From an uncultured Flavobacteriales bacterium (GTDB taxonomy: Bacteria; Bacteroidota; Bacteroidia; Flavobacteriales_D; Sanyastnellaceae): a stretch of DNA of 64,000 nucleotides. The translations under genes and the position numbers were made by a program. This document shows positions 8,243-17,796 of the stretch, piece after piece (the first letter of the stretch is position 1; each line of letters opens with the position of its first letter). The notes under the pieces were generated by a model. It did no database searches, was not told where the DNA came from, and worked only from the letters and a program-made list of their open reading frames with translations. Where the stretch lies: assembly GCA_965658045.1 (NCBI GenBank), contig CBFHQO010000024.1:15134-79133 (forward strand), given 5' to 3'.

Positions 8243-8704
8243 ATGCTCCGAATCTGCGTTCCCTCCTTCCTTCTTGCATGCAGCATGATGACTGCGTGTT
8301 CCGAATCCCAACCCACGGCTGGGACCGACAACCACGTCGTTTCTGAGGAAGTCACCCGTGCAATCATGGAAGACGTGGACGCAGCCCAATTCCAACGGTT
8401 GATTGCCGAATTGGATGGGGCCCTCTTGCTCGACGTGCGGACGCCAGAAGAATGGGCGGAAGGACACCTTGCTGGGGCAGCGCACAGAGATTATTGGGGC
8501 GACGACGACTTCGACGTGGCCATGAACAGCATCCCCCGAGACAGGCCTGTGTTGGTGTACTGTGCGGGTGGGGGCAGGAGCGGTCTGACCGCCCAAGAGT
8601 TGAACAAAGCAGGACACCTCGAAGTGTACAACCTCGAAGACGGCATCTCCGGTTGGCAAGACGCAGGACTTCCCGTCACGACCGGACCAGCTGTCGACTT
8701 CTGA
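8243..8704 (+). CDS. rhodanese-domain lipoprotein
   Basis: Lipoprotein-type signal MLRICVPSFLLACSMMTAC followed by a rhodanese fold with the active-site loop VLVYCAGGGRS. The ATG at 8243 is 3 nt after the clpX stop. Confidence 0.8.
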   Translation: MLRICVPSFLLACSMMTACSESQPTAGTDNHVVSEEVTRAIMEDVDAAQFQRLIAELDGALLLDVRTPEEWAEGHLAGAAHRDYWGDDDFDVAMNSIPRDRPVLVYCAGGGRSGLTAQELNKAGHLEVYNLEDGISGWQDAGLPVTTGPAVDF

Positions 8705-8805
8705 GCGTGCGCCGTGTGAACTCCTTGTGAACAACGGAGTCGCCGGAAACACAGGGGCGGCCTGGCCTCCATGCTACATTCGGCGTTCACCGAAAGAACC
8801 TCGAC

Positions 8806-11445
8806 GTGGCAGGCAAGGAAACCCCATTGATGAAGCAATACAACCGGATCAAGGCCAAGCATCCGGATACCGTGTTGCTCTTCCGTGTGGGCGATTTCTA
8901 CGAGACGTTCGGGTCTGACGCAGTGGCGGCAGCCAACGTGCTCGACATCGTGTTGACCAAACGCGGCAACGGCAGCGCCTCTGAAATCGAATTGGCCGGA
9001 TTCCCGCACCACAGCCTGGACACCTACCTCCCCAAGCTTGTCAAGTCTGGCCTGAAGGTGGCGGTGTGCGACCAGCTGGAAGACCCGAAACAAGCCAAGG
9101 GCCTCGTGAAGCGCGGTGTCACGGAGCTCGTCACCCCGGGCCTTGTGATGCACGACCACGTGCTGGAAAGCAAGGCCAATCACTACGTCGCCGCCATCCA
9201 TTGGACACCCAAGGCCGTCGGACTGGCGTTGCTTGACCTGAGCACGGGGGAATTTCAAGCCGCAGAAGGAGACGCCCGATGGGTGGACCGCATCCTGAAA
9301 AGCCTTGAACCCAAAGAGTGGCTCATCGACCGGAGGCATGAAGCTGATGTCCGGGCGCTGTTTGGCGACGACGTGCCTCGGACCAAGCTGGAGGACTGGG
9401 TCTTCACCCAAGCCTACGCGGAGGAATGGATTGCCAAACAGTTCGCCACAGGATCCTTGAAGGGCCTCGGACTGGACGATGCGCCCCTCGCCACCATCGC
9501 GGTTGGCGCCGTGCTGCATTACCTCGACCTGACCCACCACAGAGAGACGGCGCACATCCAAGGCGTGGCCAGGTTGCGGCCCACCGACGGCATGTGGCTT
9601 GACCGATTCACGGTGCGGAACCTCGAAATCCTGCACACGAACCACGAAGACGGCACCTCTTTGGTGGAGGTTCTGGACCGGTCATGCACCCCCATGGGTG
9701 GTCGGGCACTCCGCCGGGCACTCGTGGCACCGTTGACCGACCTGGACACCTTGGCCCAACGGCACGAAGCCGTCGATCGGTTGGCCGAGGAAGTTGCCCT
9801 TCACCACGAATTGAGGACCATCCTCGGACGTGTGGGGGACCTCGAGCGATTGACCTCCAAGGCGAGTTCTGGCCGCATCAACCCCCGCGAATTGGGCCAC
9901 GTCCGCCGAGGGCTGCACGCCGTGCAAGCCGTGGCCGACGCGACAGCCGGGGAAGCCTCGTTGTTGCCGTACCTCGAATCGTTGAACCCTTGCAGTGCCC
10001 TTCTGGCCAGGTTGGACCAGGAGCTTGTCGACGAGCCCGCCGTGGCCATTGGGAAGGGGGAGGTCATCGCCGCCGGGGTCAATGCCGAGCTCGACGACGT
10101 GCGGAGGTTGGCGTTCAACAGCCAGGAAGCCCTCGACGCCATCCGCGACCGGGAGGCCGAGGCCACGGGAATCTCAGGGTTGAAGGTGGCGTTCAACAAC
10201 GTGTTTGGGTACTACCTCGAAGTCCGCAACGCCCACAAGGACAAGGTTCCCGAAGGCTGGATTCGGAAGCAGACCCTGACGCAAGCCGAGCGCTACATCA
10301 CCGAGGAATTGAAGGACTTGGAATCCCAAATTCTCTCGGCCAAAGACAAGGCCCAAGCCTTGGAAACCACCGCATTTTCCAGCCTTGTGGCTGCCTGTGC
10401 ACAAGAACTTCCCGCGCTGATGGGCAACGCCAGGGCGATGGGGCTGTTGGACATGCTGTCCTCGCATGCCGAGTCGGCCGTGGAATTGGGGTACACCCGC
10501 CCCCGCATGCACGACGGGCGAAGCATCTCCATCTCAGAGGGCCGGCACCCTGTCATCGAACGACAACTGCCCCCGGGCGAAACCTACGTCGCCAACGACA
10601 TCCAACTCGATCCCGACACCCGACAAATCCTGATGGTCACAGGGCCCAACATGTCGGGCAAAAGCGCACTGTTGAGGCAAACCGCACTCATTTCCCTGAT
10701 GGCGCAATCGGGGTCGTTTGTCCCCGCCAAACACGCCGATTTGGGCATCCTCGACCGAATCTTCACCCGAGTCGGTGCGTCCGACAACATCAGCAGCGGC
10801 GAATCCACCTTCATGGTGGAGATGAACGAAACCGCGGCCATCCTCAACAACCTCACGCCCCGCAGCCTGGTGCTGTTGGATGAGATTGGGCGCGGCACCA
10901 GCACGTACGATGGCGTCAGCATCGCCTGGGCCATTGCCGAGCATTTGCACGAGACCAGCAAGCACCGGCCCCTGACGCTGTTCGCCACACATTATCACGA
11001 GCTCAACGACATGAGCCAGCGTTTGTCTCGGATTGTGAACGTGAACGTGAGCGTGAAGGAGATGAACGGCAAGGTGGTCTTCCTCCGCAAGTTGGCTCCA
11101 GGCGGCAGCAACCACAGCTTTGGCATCCATGTGGCCCGCTTGGCGGGCATGCCACGAACGTTGGTGCTCCGTGCAGAAGATGTCCTGGAATCGTTAGAGT
11201 CGGCGCGAAGTGGCGAGGGGGTGACGGCCCAAGCCGACCACATGCCCCGTCACGAAGCCCCCGATTTGTCCGCGATTGTCCCCGCTGCGGAGGGCATGCA
11301 AATGAGCTTCTTCCAACTGGACGACCCTGCCCTAGAGTCGATACGGGACCAACTGATGGAAGTGGACATCGACCACTTGACGCCTGTGCAGGCCCTGATG
11401 AAGCTTCACGAAATCAAAGCGACCCTCTCGGGCAAAAAAGCCTGA
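8806..11445 (+). CDS. mutS: DNA mismatch repair protein MutS
   Basis: N-terminal TPLMKQYNRIKAKHPDTVLLFRVGDFYETF, Walker A GPNMSGKS, and DEIGRGTSTYDG. The start is GTG 8806 or ATG 8830. Confidence 0.95.
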   Translation: MAGKETPLMKQYNRIKAKHPDTVLLFRVGDFYETFGSDAVAAANVLDIVLTKRGNGSASEIELAGFPHHSLDTYLPKLVKSGLKVAVCDQLEDPKQAKGLVKRGVTELVTPGLVMHDHVLESKANHYVAAIHWTPKAVGLALLDLSTGEFQAAEGDARWVDRILKSLEPKEWLIDRRHEADVRALFGDDVPRTKLEDWVFTQAYAEEWIAKQFATGSLKGLGLDDAPLATIAVGAVLHYLDLTHHRETAHIQGVARLRPTDGMWLDRFTVRNLEILHTNHEDGTSLVEVLDRSCTPMGGRALRRALVAPLTDLDTLAQRHEAVDRLAEEVALHHELRTILGRVGDLERLTSKASSGRINPRELGHVRRGLHAVQAVADATAGEASLLPYLESLNPCSALLARLDQELVDEPAVAIGKGEVIAAGVNAELDDVRRLAFNSQEALDAIRDREAEATGISGLKVAFNNVFGYYLEVRNAHKDKVPEGWIRKQTLTQAERYITEELKDLESQILSAKDKAQALETTAFSSLVAACAQELPALMGNARAMGLLDMLSSHAESAVELGYTRPRMHDGRSISISEGRHPVIERQLPPGETYVANDIQLDPDTRQILMVTGPNMSGKSALLRQTALISLMAQSGSFVPAKHADLGILDRIFTRVGASDNISSGESTFMVEMNETAAILNNLTPRSLVLLDEIGRGTSTYDGVSIAWAIAEHLHETSKHRPLTLFATHYHELNDMSQRLSRIVNVNVSVKEMNGKVVFLRKLAPGGSNHSFGIHVARLAGMPRTLVLRAEDVLESLESARSGEGVTAQADHMPRHEAPDLSAIVPAAEGMQMSFFQLDDPALESIRDQLMEVDIDHLTPVQALMKLHEIKATLSGKKA

Positions 11446-11466
11446 GCGTGGTACGACGGGAGGCGG

Positions 11467-12684
11467 TCAGAGCGCGGCCGTCAACAAGTCGAGGGGCTTC
11501 CAAGGCATGCCCCGGTCCACAGCCAATTCCTCGTGCGTGAGCGTGCCGTTGAACATGTACACGCCTGTGGCCATCAAATTGCGCTCCTTGATCGAGGGCA
11601 CCAGCCCTCCGTCTGCCGCCAGCCCCAACAGCAACGGGGCGGCCAGGTTGCTCATCGCCTTGCTGGCCGTACGAGACACTCGGGAGGGGATGTTGGGCAC
11701 GCAGTAATGGATGACGCCGCACTCGATGAACGTGGGGCGCTCGTGGCTGGTGAGTCGCGAGGTTTCAAAAACCCCACCTTGGTCGATGCTGACGTCGACC
11801 ACGATCGAGCGTTCACGCATGCCGGCCACCATGGGTTCGCTGACAAGCATCGGGGCCCGGGAACCGGAGCCTCGTACGGCCCCAATGGCCACGTCGGCCG
11901 TCTTGAGCGCCTCTTCCAGCACCGAGGGCTGAAGGGTGGACGTCCACAACCGCTGGCCCACGGCGTTTTGAAGCCGGATCAAGCGGTGCACGCTGTTGTC
12001 GAACACCTTGACCGTGGCGCCGAGACCCAACGCGGACCGGGCCGCGAATTCCCCCACGGTGCCTGCACCGAGGATGACCACTTCGCTGGGACGCACCCCA
12101 CTGACCCCACCCAGCATGTTCCCCATGCCTTGCTCGCTGGCCATGAGTTCTCCTGCAATGAGGATGGCTGTGTTGCCGGCGATTTCGCCCATCGCCCGGA
12201 CCAAGGGCTGGATGCCGTTTTCATTTTGGACGAAGTCCCACGCAATGGCCGTGGTCTTCTTGGTGCTGAGGGCTTCGAGCAGGCCTTCGTTTTGAACGCT
12301 CAACTGCAAGGCCGAGATGAGGGTTTGGCGCATGCCCATCAAGGCGACTTCTTCCAAGGAGGGCGGCTCCACCTTGAGCACAATGCTGGCCTGGAAGACC
12401 TGACTCTTGTCATAGACAATTCGGGCGCCCGCCTCGCTGTAATCGTTGTCCGAGAACTGTGCGTTGGCTCCGGCTTGGGTTTCCACCAACACTTGGTGAC
12501 CATGCGCGGCCAAAAGTGCGACCGCTTCAGGCACAAGGGCCACACGCTTTTCCTGCAAGCTCGTTTCCGCTGGGATGCCGATGGTCAACTCGGCTTGCCC
12601 CTTCTTGGCCTCGAGCAATTCTTCTTGCGGGAGCAGGGCGGCCTCTCGAGCGAGGGCTTTGATGGCTTTGCGTCCAGTATCCAT
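11467..12684 (-). CDS. ald: alanine dehydrogenase / PNT-family NAD-dependent dehydrogenase
   Basis: AlaDH/PNT N- and C-domains, with NAD fold VVILGAGTVGEFAARSALGLGATVKVFD. The start is the internal ATG at 12684 of track ORF 11467..12771. Confidence 0.8.
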   Translation of the reverse strand: MDTGRKAIKALAREAALLPQEELLEAKKGQAELTIGIPAETSLQEKRVALVPEAVALLAAHGHQVLVETQAGANAQFSDNDYSEAGARIVYDKSQVFQASIVLKVEPPSLEEVALMGMRQTLISALQLSVQNEGLLEALSTKKTTAIAWDFVQNENGIQPLVRAMGEIAGNTAILIAGELMASEQGMGNMLGGVSGVRPSEVVILGAGTVGEFAARSALGLGATVKVFDNSVHRLIRLQNAVGQRLWTSTLQPSVLEEALKTADVAIGAVRGSGSRAPMLVSEPMVAGMRERSIVVDVSIDQGGVFETSRLTSHERPTFIECGVIHYCVPNIPSRVSRTASKAMSNLAAPLLLGLAADGGLVPSIKERNLMATGVYMFNGTLTHEELAVDRGMPWKPLDLLTAAL

Positions 12685-12715
12685 GACGGCCCCAAAATAG
12701 CCAAGCCCAACCGAT

Positions 12716-13171
12716 TCAACCCCGCAGGGCCGACAAAATGCACTGCCTTGTGCCGTCGGGGAGCTCTTCAATTTGGAGCAGATGCGCGTCGTCGGGCATC
12801 AACCCAGGCACGCGCTCGGGCCACTCCACCAACGTGAGCACGTCTTCAAGCAGCATGTCGGCAATGCCGGCGCGCTCCGCCTCTTCCTCGTGCTCCAACC
12901 TGTACAGGTCCATGTGCCGGACTTGGCAAGGCTCACCATGCCGTGACACTGTGTGGTGGTGCACCAGCCCAAACGTGGGGCTCGCCCCCTCCTCCTCGGT
13001 GCCCCACACCTGCAACATCGCACGGACCAAGGTGGTCTTCCCAGCCCCCATGGTGCCATGCACGGCCACGACGCCAGCCACTGGCAAGGCCGCAGCCACT
13101 TCCGCAGCCACCTTGGGCAATTCTTCCAGGCTGTAGCCCTTCCAGGAGGCGAGTTGGGTCAATGTCGGCAT
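12716..13171 (-). CDS. tsaE: tRNA t6A37 biosynthesis ATPase TsaE
   Basis: 151 aa with P-loop HGTMGAGKTTLVR and SPTFGLVHHH, typical of TsaE/YjeE. Confidence 0.9.
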   Translation of the reverse strand: MPTLTQLASWKGYSLEELPKVAAEVAAALPVAGVVAVHGTMGAGKTTLVRAMLQVWGTEEEGASPTFGLVHHHTVSRHGEPCQVRHMDLYRLEHEEEAERAGIADMLLEDVLTLVEWPERVPGLMPDDAHLLQIEELPDGTRQCILSALRG

Positions 13172-13172
13172 G

Positions 13173-14738
13173 TCACTGCGTGTTTTTGGGGTCCAACACC
13201 ACCCAAGGAATGATCATCTCTTCCATGCTCACGCCGCCATGCTGGAACGAGTTCCGGAACGTCTTGACGTAGCGGGACGCGTTGTTGGGGTACACCAAAA
13301 AGTCCCTCGTCTTGGCAAAGATGTAGGTGCTAGAGACGTTGGGTTTGGGAAGTCCCACCTTGTCCGGTTGCTTCACTTCCATCACCTCCTCGGCGTTGTA
13401 CCCAAGGTTCTTGCCCACTTTGTAGCGCAGGTTGGCGTTGGTCGCGCGGTCGCCACGCACCTCCACGGGGTGGTCCACCCGCATGGTGCCGTGGTCGGTG
13501 GTCAACACCACGCGCCCGCCCATCTCCGCCATGGCGTCGAGCATGTGCTTCAACGGGCTGTGCACAAACCACGAATGCGTCAAGCTCCGGTACGCCGCCT
13601 CGTCGTCGGCCAATTCCTTGATCACCTCCATCTCTGACCGGGCATGGCTGAGCATGTCCACGAAATTGTAGACCACCGTGGTCACGGATTGGCCTTTTTG
13701 CTCATGGAAGCGGTCGGCCAAGCGCTTGCCCGCTTCGAGGCTGGTGATCTTGTGGTAGGCGGTCTTTCCTTTCACCCCCATGCGCTCAAACAGCGCTTGC
13801 TGCAGCTTGGCCTCGTGGGCGTTTTTGGAGCCTTCGGCCGATTCGTCGATCCAGCAATCGGGCATCGTCCTGGCGATGTCGGCAGGGGTCATTCCCGCGA
13901 ACAAGGCGTTTCGCGCGTACTGCGTAGCCGTCGGCAACAGGCTGAAATACGTTTTCTCTTCCGCGACGTTCCAATCGTCCGAAAGCACCGGCGCGATCGC
14001 ACGCCATTGGTCCCAGCGCAGGTTGTCGATGACCACCAAAAACAGCGGGCGACCCTCGGACCCGGCCACCGCGTCGGGCAGCCACGTGGGCAGCACCTCG
14101 TGGGACATCACAGGGCCTTGCTCCAACCCCGTCATCCAGTGTTCGTAGTGGTCTTCTATGAACCGCGCGAATTGGTGGTTGGCCTCGGCATGTTGATTTT
14201 CCAAAATCTCCAACATGCCGCCGTCGCCAGAATCGCCCAACGTAAGATGCCAGTGGCACAGCCGGCGGTAGACCTCGGACCATTCCTCCGCGTTCAACCG
14301 CCCGCCCAACTGCATGGCCAACTCACGGAACTCCCGCATGTAGGCCGACTGCGCTTGCTCGCCTTGAATCCGTCGGTTGTCCAAGATTTTCTTGACCGCC
14401 ATCAAGATTTGGTTGGGGTTCACCGGCTTGATCAGGTAATCGCTGATTTTGGAACCGATGGCCTCCTCCATGATGCGTTCCTCCTCGCTTTTGGTGATCA
14501 TGATGACGGGCAACTCAGGCCGTTTGGACTTGATGCGCTGAAGCGTCTCGATGCCATTCAAGCCGGGCATGTTTTCGTCCAAGAACACCACGTCGTACGC
14601 GTGCTCGTCCACCCGCTCAAGCGCCTCGACCCCGCTGTTGACACCCGTCACGTCGTACCCCTTTTCGTCGAGGAACAACATGTGGGGCCGGAGCAATTCG
14701 ATTTCGTCGTCAGCCCAAAGAATGTGTGGTCGTGCCAT
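13173..14738 (-). CDS. porX: PorX-type response regulator (receiver domain + PglZ/alkaline-phosphatase-like domain)
   Basis: From ATG 14738: MARPHILWADDEIELLRPHMLFLDEKGYDV...VVFLDENMPGLNG...KP receiver, then a long PglZ-like domain. The upstream 418 codons of track ORF 13173..15995 are antisense to the HD gene. Confidence 0.88.
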   Translation of the reverse strand: MARPHILWADDEIELLRPHMLFLDEKGYDVTGVNSGVEALERVDEHAYDVVFLDENMPGLNGIETLQRIKSKRPELPVIMITKSEEERIMEEAIGSKISDYLIKPVNPNQILMAVKKILDNRRIQGEQAQSAYMREFRELAMQLGGRLNAEEWSEVYRRLCHWHLTLGDSGDGGMLEILENQHAEANHQFARFIEDHYEHWMTGLEQGPVMSHEVLPTWLPDAVAGSEGRPLFLVVIDNLRWDQWRAIAPVLSDDWNVAEEKTYFSLLPTATQYARNALFAGMTPADIARTMPDCWIDESAEGSKNAHEAKLQQALFERMGVKGKTAYHKITSLEAGKRLADRFHEQKGQSVTTVVYNFVDMLSHARSEMEVIKELADDEAAYRSLTHSWFVHSPLKHMLDAMAEMGGRVVLTTDHGTMRVDHPVEVRGDRATNANLRYKVGKNLGYNAEEVMEVKQPDKVGLPKPNVSSTYIFAKTRDFLVYPNNASRYVKTFRNSFQHGGVSMEEMIIPWVVLDPKNTQ

Positions 14739-14828
14739 GCGCGTGTGTGTTCGAGCAAAACAGGCCGCCGCAAGCGTTCTCGGCACCCGTATCTTGCGAC
14801 AAAGTAACGCCGAGACGCGCGACATCGT

Positions 14829-16079
14829 ATGCCAGCAAGCAAGGTCAACCGACACAAAATCCTGAACGATCCGGTCTACGGATTTGTCACCCTGCGTCAC
14901 GCCCGTGCGCTGGACCTCATGGACCACCGCTACATGCAGCGTCTGCGCCGCATTTCGCAACTGGGTTTGTCGCATTTGGTCTACCCCGGGGCGGTCCACA
15001 ACCGCTTTCACCATGCCGTGGGATGCATGCACCTCATGCAAGAAGCCATCGACAGCCTCCGGAACAAGGGCGTGGACATCAGCGAAGCGGAAGCGGAGGG
15101 GGCTTGCCTGGCCATTTTGCTTCACGACGTGGGCCACGGCCCGTTCAGCCATGCTTTGGAGCACAGCATTGTGCAAGGGGTGCACCACGAGGACGTGAGT
15201 GCCTTGATCATGGGACGGTTGAACGAGGAGTTCAGCGGGGCGTTGGATTTGGCAATTGAAATCTTCAACGACCACCATCCCAAGAAATTCCTGCACCAAC
15301 TCGTCAGCAGCCAGCTCGACATGGACCGCCTGGATTACCTCGCCCGGGACAGCTTCTACAGCGGAGTCACCGAGGGCAAAGTGGGCAGCGAGCGCATCTT
15401 GAAGATGCTGGACGTGGTGGACGGCCAATTGGTGGTCGAGGAAAAGGCCATCTACTCCATCGAAAAATTCGTGGTGGCGAGGCGCTTGATGTACTGGCAG
15501 GTCTACCTGCACCGCACCGTGCTCAGCGCGGAGCACATGCTCATGCTCGTCCTGCGCAGGGCCAAACACCTGGCCCGCCAAGGGGTCGACGTGTTCGCTT
15601 CCCCGGCGCTGTCGCTCTTTCTTCACGACGACCTCGACCGGGCGAAGTTTTTGGCCGATCCGGCGGTGCTGGAGCGGTTCTGCGAGCTCGACGATTCCGA
15701 CATTTTCGTGGCCATGAAAGCCTGGCGCCATCACGACGACAAGGTGCTGTCCATGCTCAGCACTCGGCTGCTCGACCGGGGCTTGTTCCGCATCGAACTT
15801 CGCCCCGAGCCGTTCACGGACGAGGACGTGCAAGAGCGCGTGGCCGCCACCGCAGCCCACTTTGGCTTGGACGAGGAAGACGCCCAATTCCTGGTCAGCA
15901 ACGCCATGATTGACAACAAGGCCTACGTACCCCGAGGCATTTTGGTCCACTACAAAGACGGGTCCATCCGCGACTTCGCAGAAGCCAACGACCACCTTAG
16001 CCTCCAGTTGCTCAGCAAACCGGTGGAGAAGAGCTTTTTGTGCTACCCGAAGGAACTCGCGCCGCCCACGCGGTCGTGA
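14829..16079 (+). CDS. HD-domain metal-dependent phosphohydrolase (dNTP triphosphohydrolase-like)
   Basis: Motifs RFHHAVGCMHL, LLHDVGHGPFSH and QLDMDRLDYLARDS match the HD superfamily / SAMHD1-like architecture. Confidence 0.85.
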   Translation: MPASKVNRHKILNDPVYGFVTLRHARALDLMDHRYMQRLRRISQLGLSHLVYPGAVHNRFHHAVGCMHLMQEAIDSLRNKGVDISEAEAEGACLAILLHDVGHGPFSHALEHSIVQGVHHEDVSALIMGRLNEEFSGALDLAIEIFNDHHPKKFLHQLVSSQLDMDRLDYLARDSFYSGVTEGKVGSERILKMLDVVDGQLVVEEKAIYSIEKFVVARRLMYWQVYLHRTVLSAEHMLMLVLRRAKHLARQGVDVFASPALSLFLHDDLDRAKFLADPAVLERFCELDDSDIFVAMKAWRHHDDKVLSMLSTRLLDRGLFRIELRPEPFTDEDVQERVAATAAHFGLDEEDAQFLVSNAMIDNKAYVPRGILVHYKDGSIRDFAEANDHLSLQLLSKPVEKSFLCYPKELAPPTRS

Positions 16080-16088
16080 ATCTTCACG

Positions 16089-17642
16089 TCAATCTGGGGT
16101 GATGTCCTCGCCCAGGGCGTTGTACACGTGGTACTCCAAGAATTCCAGGTTGGAATTGGATTCCACTGCGAGCTTGATGGCGAATTCCTTCTCCCAAGCC
16201 CGACGCCTGGATTTCCACCAGCCCTGCTGCAAGTAGGCCTCCAGCACAGGGTGCACCATCAGCGTCATCCGCTTTCGGTTTTCCCCTTCTGCGAGGTACT
16301 TCAGGGCAGAAGCAATCTTGTCTGTGATCAAAATGCTGGCCTCGACCTTGCCGGTCCCGTTGCACGACGGACAGGCGTCGGTCGTCACAACCTCGGCCAC
16401 ATCTCGGACGCGCTGACGCGTCATTTCCACCACGCCAAACCGGCTTGGTGAAGCGATGTTGTGCTTGGCCTTGTCGCGTTTCATGGCCTCTTTGAGGGCG
16501 TCGGTCAACTGCTTGTTGTGCTCGCGCTTGGCCATGTCGATGAAGTCGATGGCGATGATGCCTCCCATGTCGCGAAGGCGCAACACCCTGGCGATTTCTG
16601 GAACCACGTCCAGGTTGGTCAACAACGCATTCTCTTCCTGGCTCGACGCGCCCTTCTTGCGGCCGCCGCTGTTCACGTCGATGACGTGCATGGCTTCCGT
16701 CTGCTCAATCACGAGGTAAGATCCCGACCGCAAGTTCACTTGACGACCAAACGCCGCCTTGATCTGGCGGTGGATGGACATGTTGTTGAACAGGTCTTTG
16801 GCCCGGCTCAATTTGACCATGGCCTCGTCCCCGGATTTGCTTTGGGCCAAGAACTCCTTGACCTCATCTGCCACGCGAGGGTCGTTGACGTGAATGGCGG
16901 TGCACGACTTGGTCATGACGTCGCGAAGGACGGCGCTGACCTGGTTCACTTCGCCCAACACACGCTTCCCTGGTTTGGCACTTTTGAGGTTGGTGTACAG
17001 CTTTTGCCAACGGTCGACCAAATCCTGCAAGTCTGTGTGCAGGTCTGCCGAACCCTTGTTTTCCGCCACCGTCCGCACGATGATGCCAAACCCCGGGGGT
17101 TGGATGCTTTGCATGAGGCGACGCAACCGGCTGCGTTCTTTTTCCCCTTTGATGCGCGAAGACAGACTCACCTTGTCGCTGAAAGGCACCAGCACCAAAT
17201 AGCGCCCCGGCAGGCTGACCTCAGCCGTCAACCTCGGACCCTTGGTGCTGATGGGTTCCTTTGCAACTTGAACCAGGACGAGCTGGGATGCGGACACGTA
17301 ATCCTTCATCTTGCCCTTCCGGTCGATGTCTTCTTCCCGCTTGAATTTGCTGATGTCGGATGTGGGTTGCTTGCCTGACATCACGCGCTTGACCCAAGTC
17401 TGCTGCGTCTTGTACTGGGGACCGAGGTCGGAATGGTGCAAGAAGGCATCCTTTCCGTGGCCCACGTCGACAAAACCTGCATTCAGGTTGGGCATGACTT
17501 TCCTCACGCGGCCGACGTAAATGTCGCCCACGGCGTATTGCACGTCCCCACGGTCGCGGTGCAGCTCCACGAGCTGACCGTCTTCCAGGACGGCAATGTC
17601 AACGCCCTTGGGCGTTGAATTGATGACGAGTTCCGCGTCCAT
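16089..17642 (-). CDS. rng: ribonuclease E/G family endoribonuclease
   Basis: S1 domain (GDIYVGRVRKVMPNLNAGFVDVG), catalytic core (IDVNSG, GGIIAIDFIDM) and a CPSCNGTG zinc link. ATG 17642 is preferred; GTG 17645 is the track start. Confidence 0.9.
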   Translation of the reverse strand: MDAELVINSTPKGVDIAVLEDGQLVELHRDRGDVQYAVGDIYVGRVRKVMPNLNAGFVDVGHGKDAFLHHSDLGPQYKTQQTWVKRVMSGKQPTSDISKFKREEDIDRKGKMKDYVSASQLVLVQVAKEPISTKGPRLTAEVSLPGRYLVLVPFSDKVSLSSRIKGEKERSRLRRLMQSIQPPGFGIIVRTVAENKGSADLHTDLQDLVDRWQKLYTNLKSAKPGKRVLGEVNQVSAVLRDVMTKSCTAIHVNDPRVADEVKEFLAQSKSGDEAMVKLSRAKDLFNNMSIHRQIKAAFGRQVNLRSGSYLVIEQTEAMHVIDVNSGGRKKGASSQEENALLTNLDVVPEIARVLRLRDMGGIIAIDFIDMAKREHNKQLTDALKEAMKRDKAKHNIASPSRFGVVEMTRQRVRDVAEVVTTDACPSCNGTGKVEASILITDKIASALKYLAEGENRKRMTLMVHPVLEAYLQQGWWKSRRRAWEKEFAIKLAVESNSNLEFLEYHVYNALGEDITPD

Positions 17643-17657
17643 CACATGAAGTACCGC

Positions 17658-17688
17658 GACTTGAGGCTGCTCCTCACAGCCTCAAGTC
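17658..17688 (-). promoter_or_regulatory. perfect 12-bp stem / 7-nt loop hairpin in the rng leader
   Basis: gacttgaggctg (17658..17669) pairs perfectly with cagcctcaagtc (17677..17688). On the minus strand it lies 7 nt after the small-ORF stop and 15 nt before the rng ATG. No U-run follows it. Confidence 0.45.
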
Positions 17689-17695
17689 ACGCACA

Positions 17696-17785
17696 TTACT
17701 TCTTCTTGTGACGGTTCTTGCGAAGACGCTTCTTCCGCTTGTGCGTGGCCATCTTGTGACGCTTGCGCTTTTTTCCGCTTGGCAT
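17696..17785 (-). CDS. 29-aa Lys/Arg-rich peptide, probable small ribosome-associated protein (bS22 / AURKAIP1-COX24-like)
   Basis: ATG 17785 to TAA 17696 translates to MPSGKKRKRHKMATHKRKKRLRKNRHKKK (17 of 29 residues K/R). It is below the 60-aa cutoff of the ORF track and sits on the same strand between the TPR gene and rng. Confidence 0.65.
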   Translation of the reverse strand: MPSGKKRKRHKMATHKRKKRLRKNRHKKK

Positions 17786-17796
17786 GATGATGATGT

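Noticed and set aside
14739-15995. Upstream 418 codons of the 940-codon minus ORF 13173..15995
   Set aside because: It is antisense to the HD-domain gene. The PorX homology begins exactly at ATG 14738 (MARPHILWADDE).
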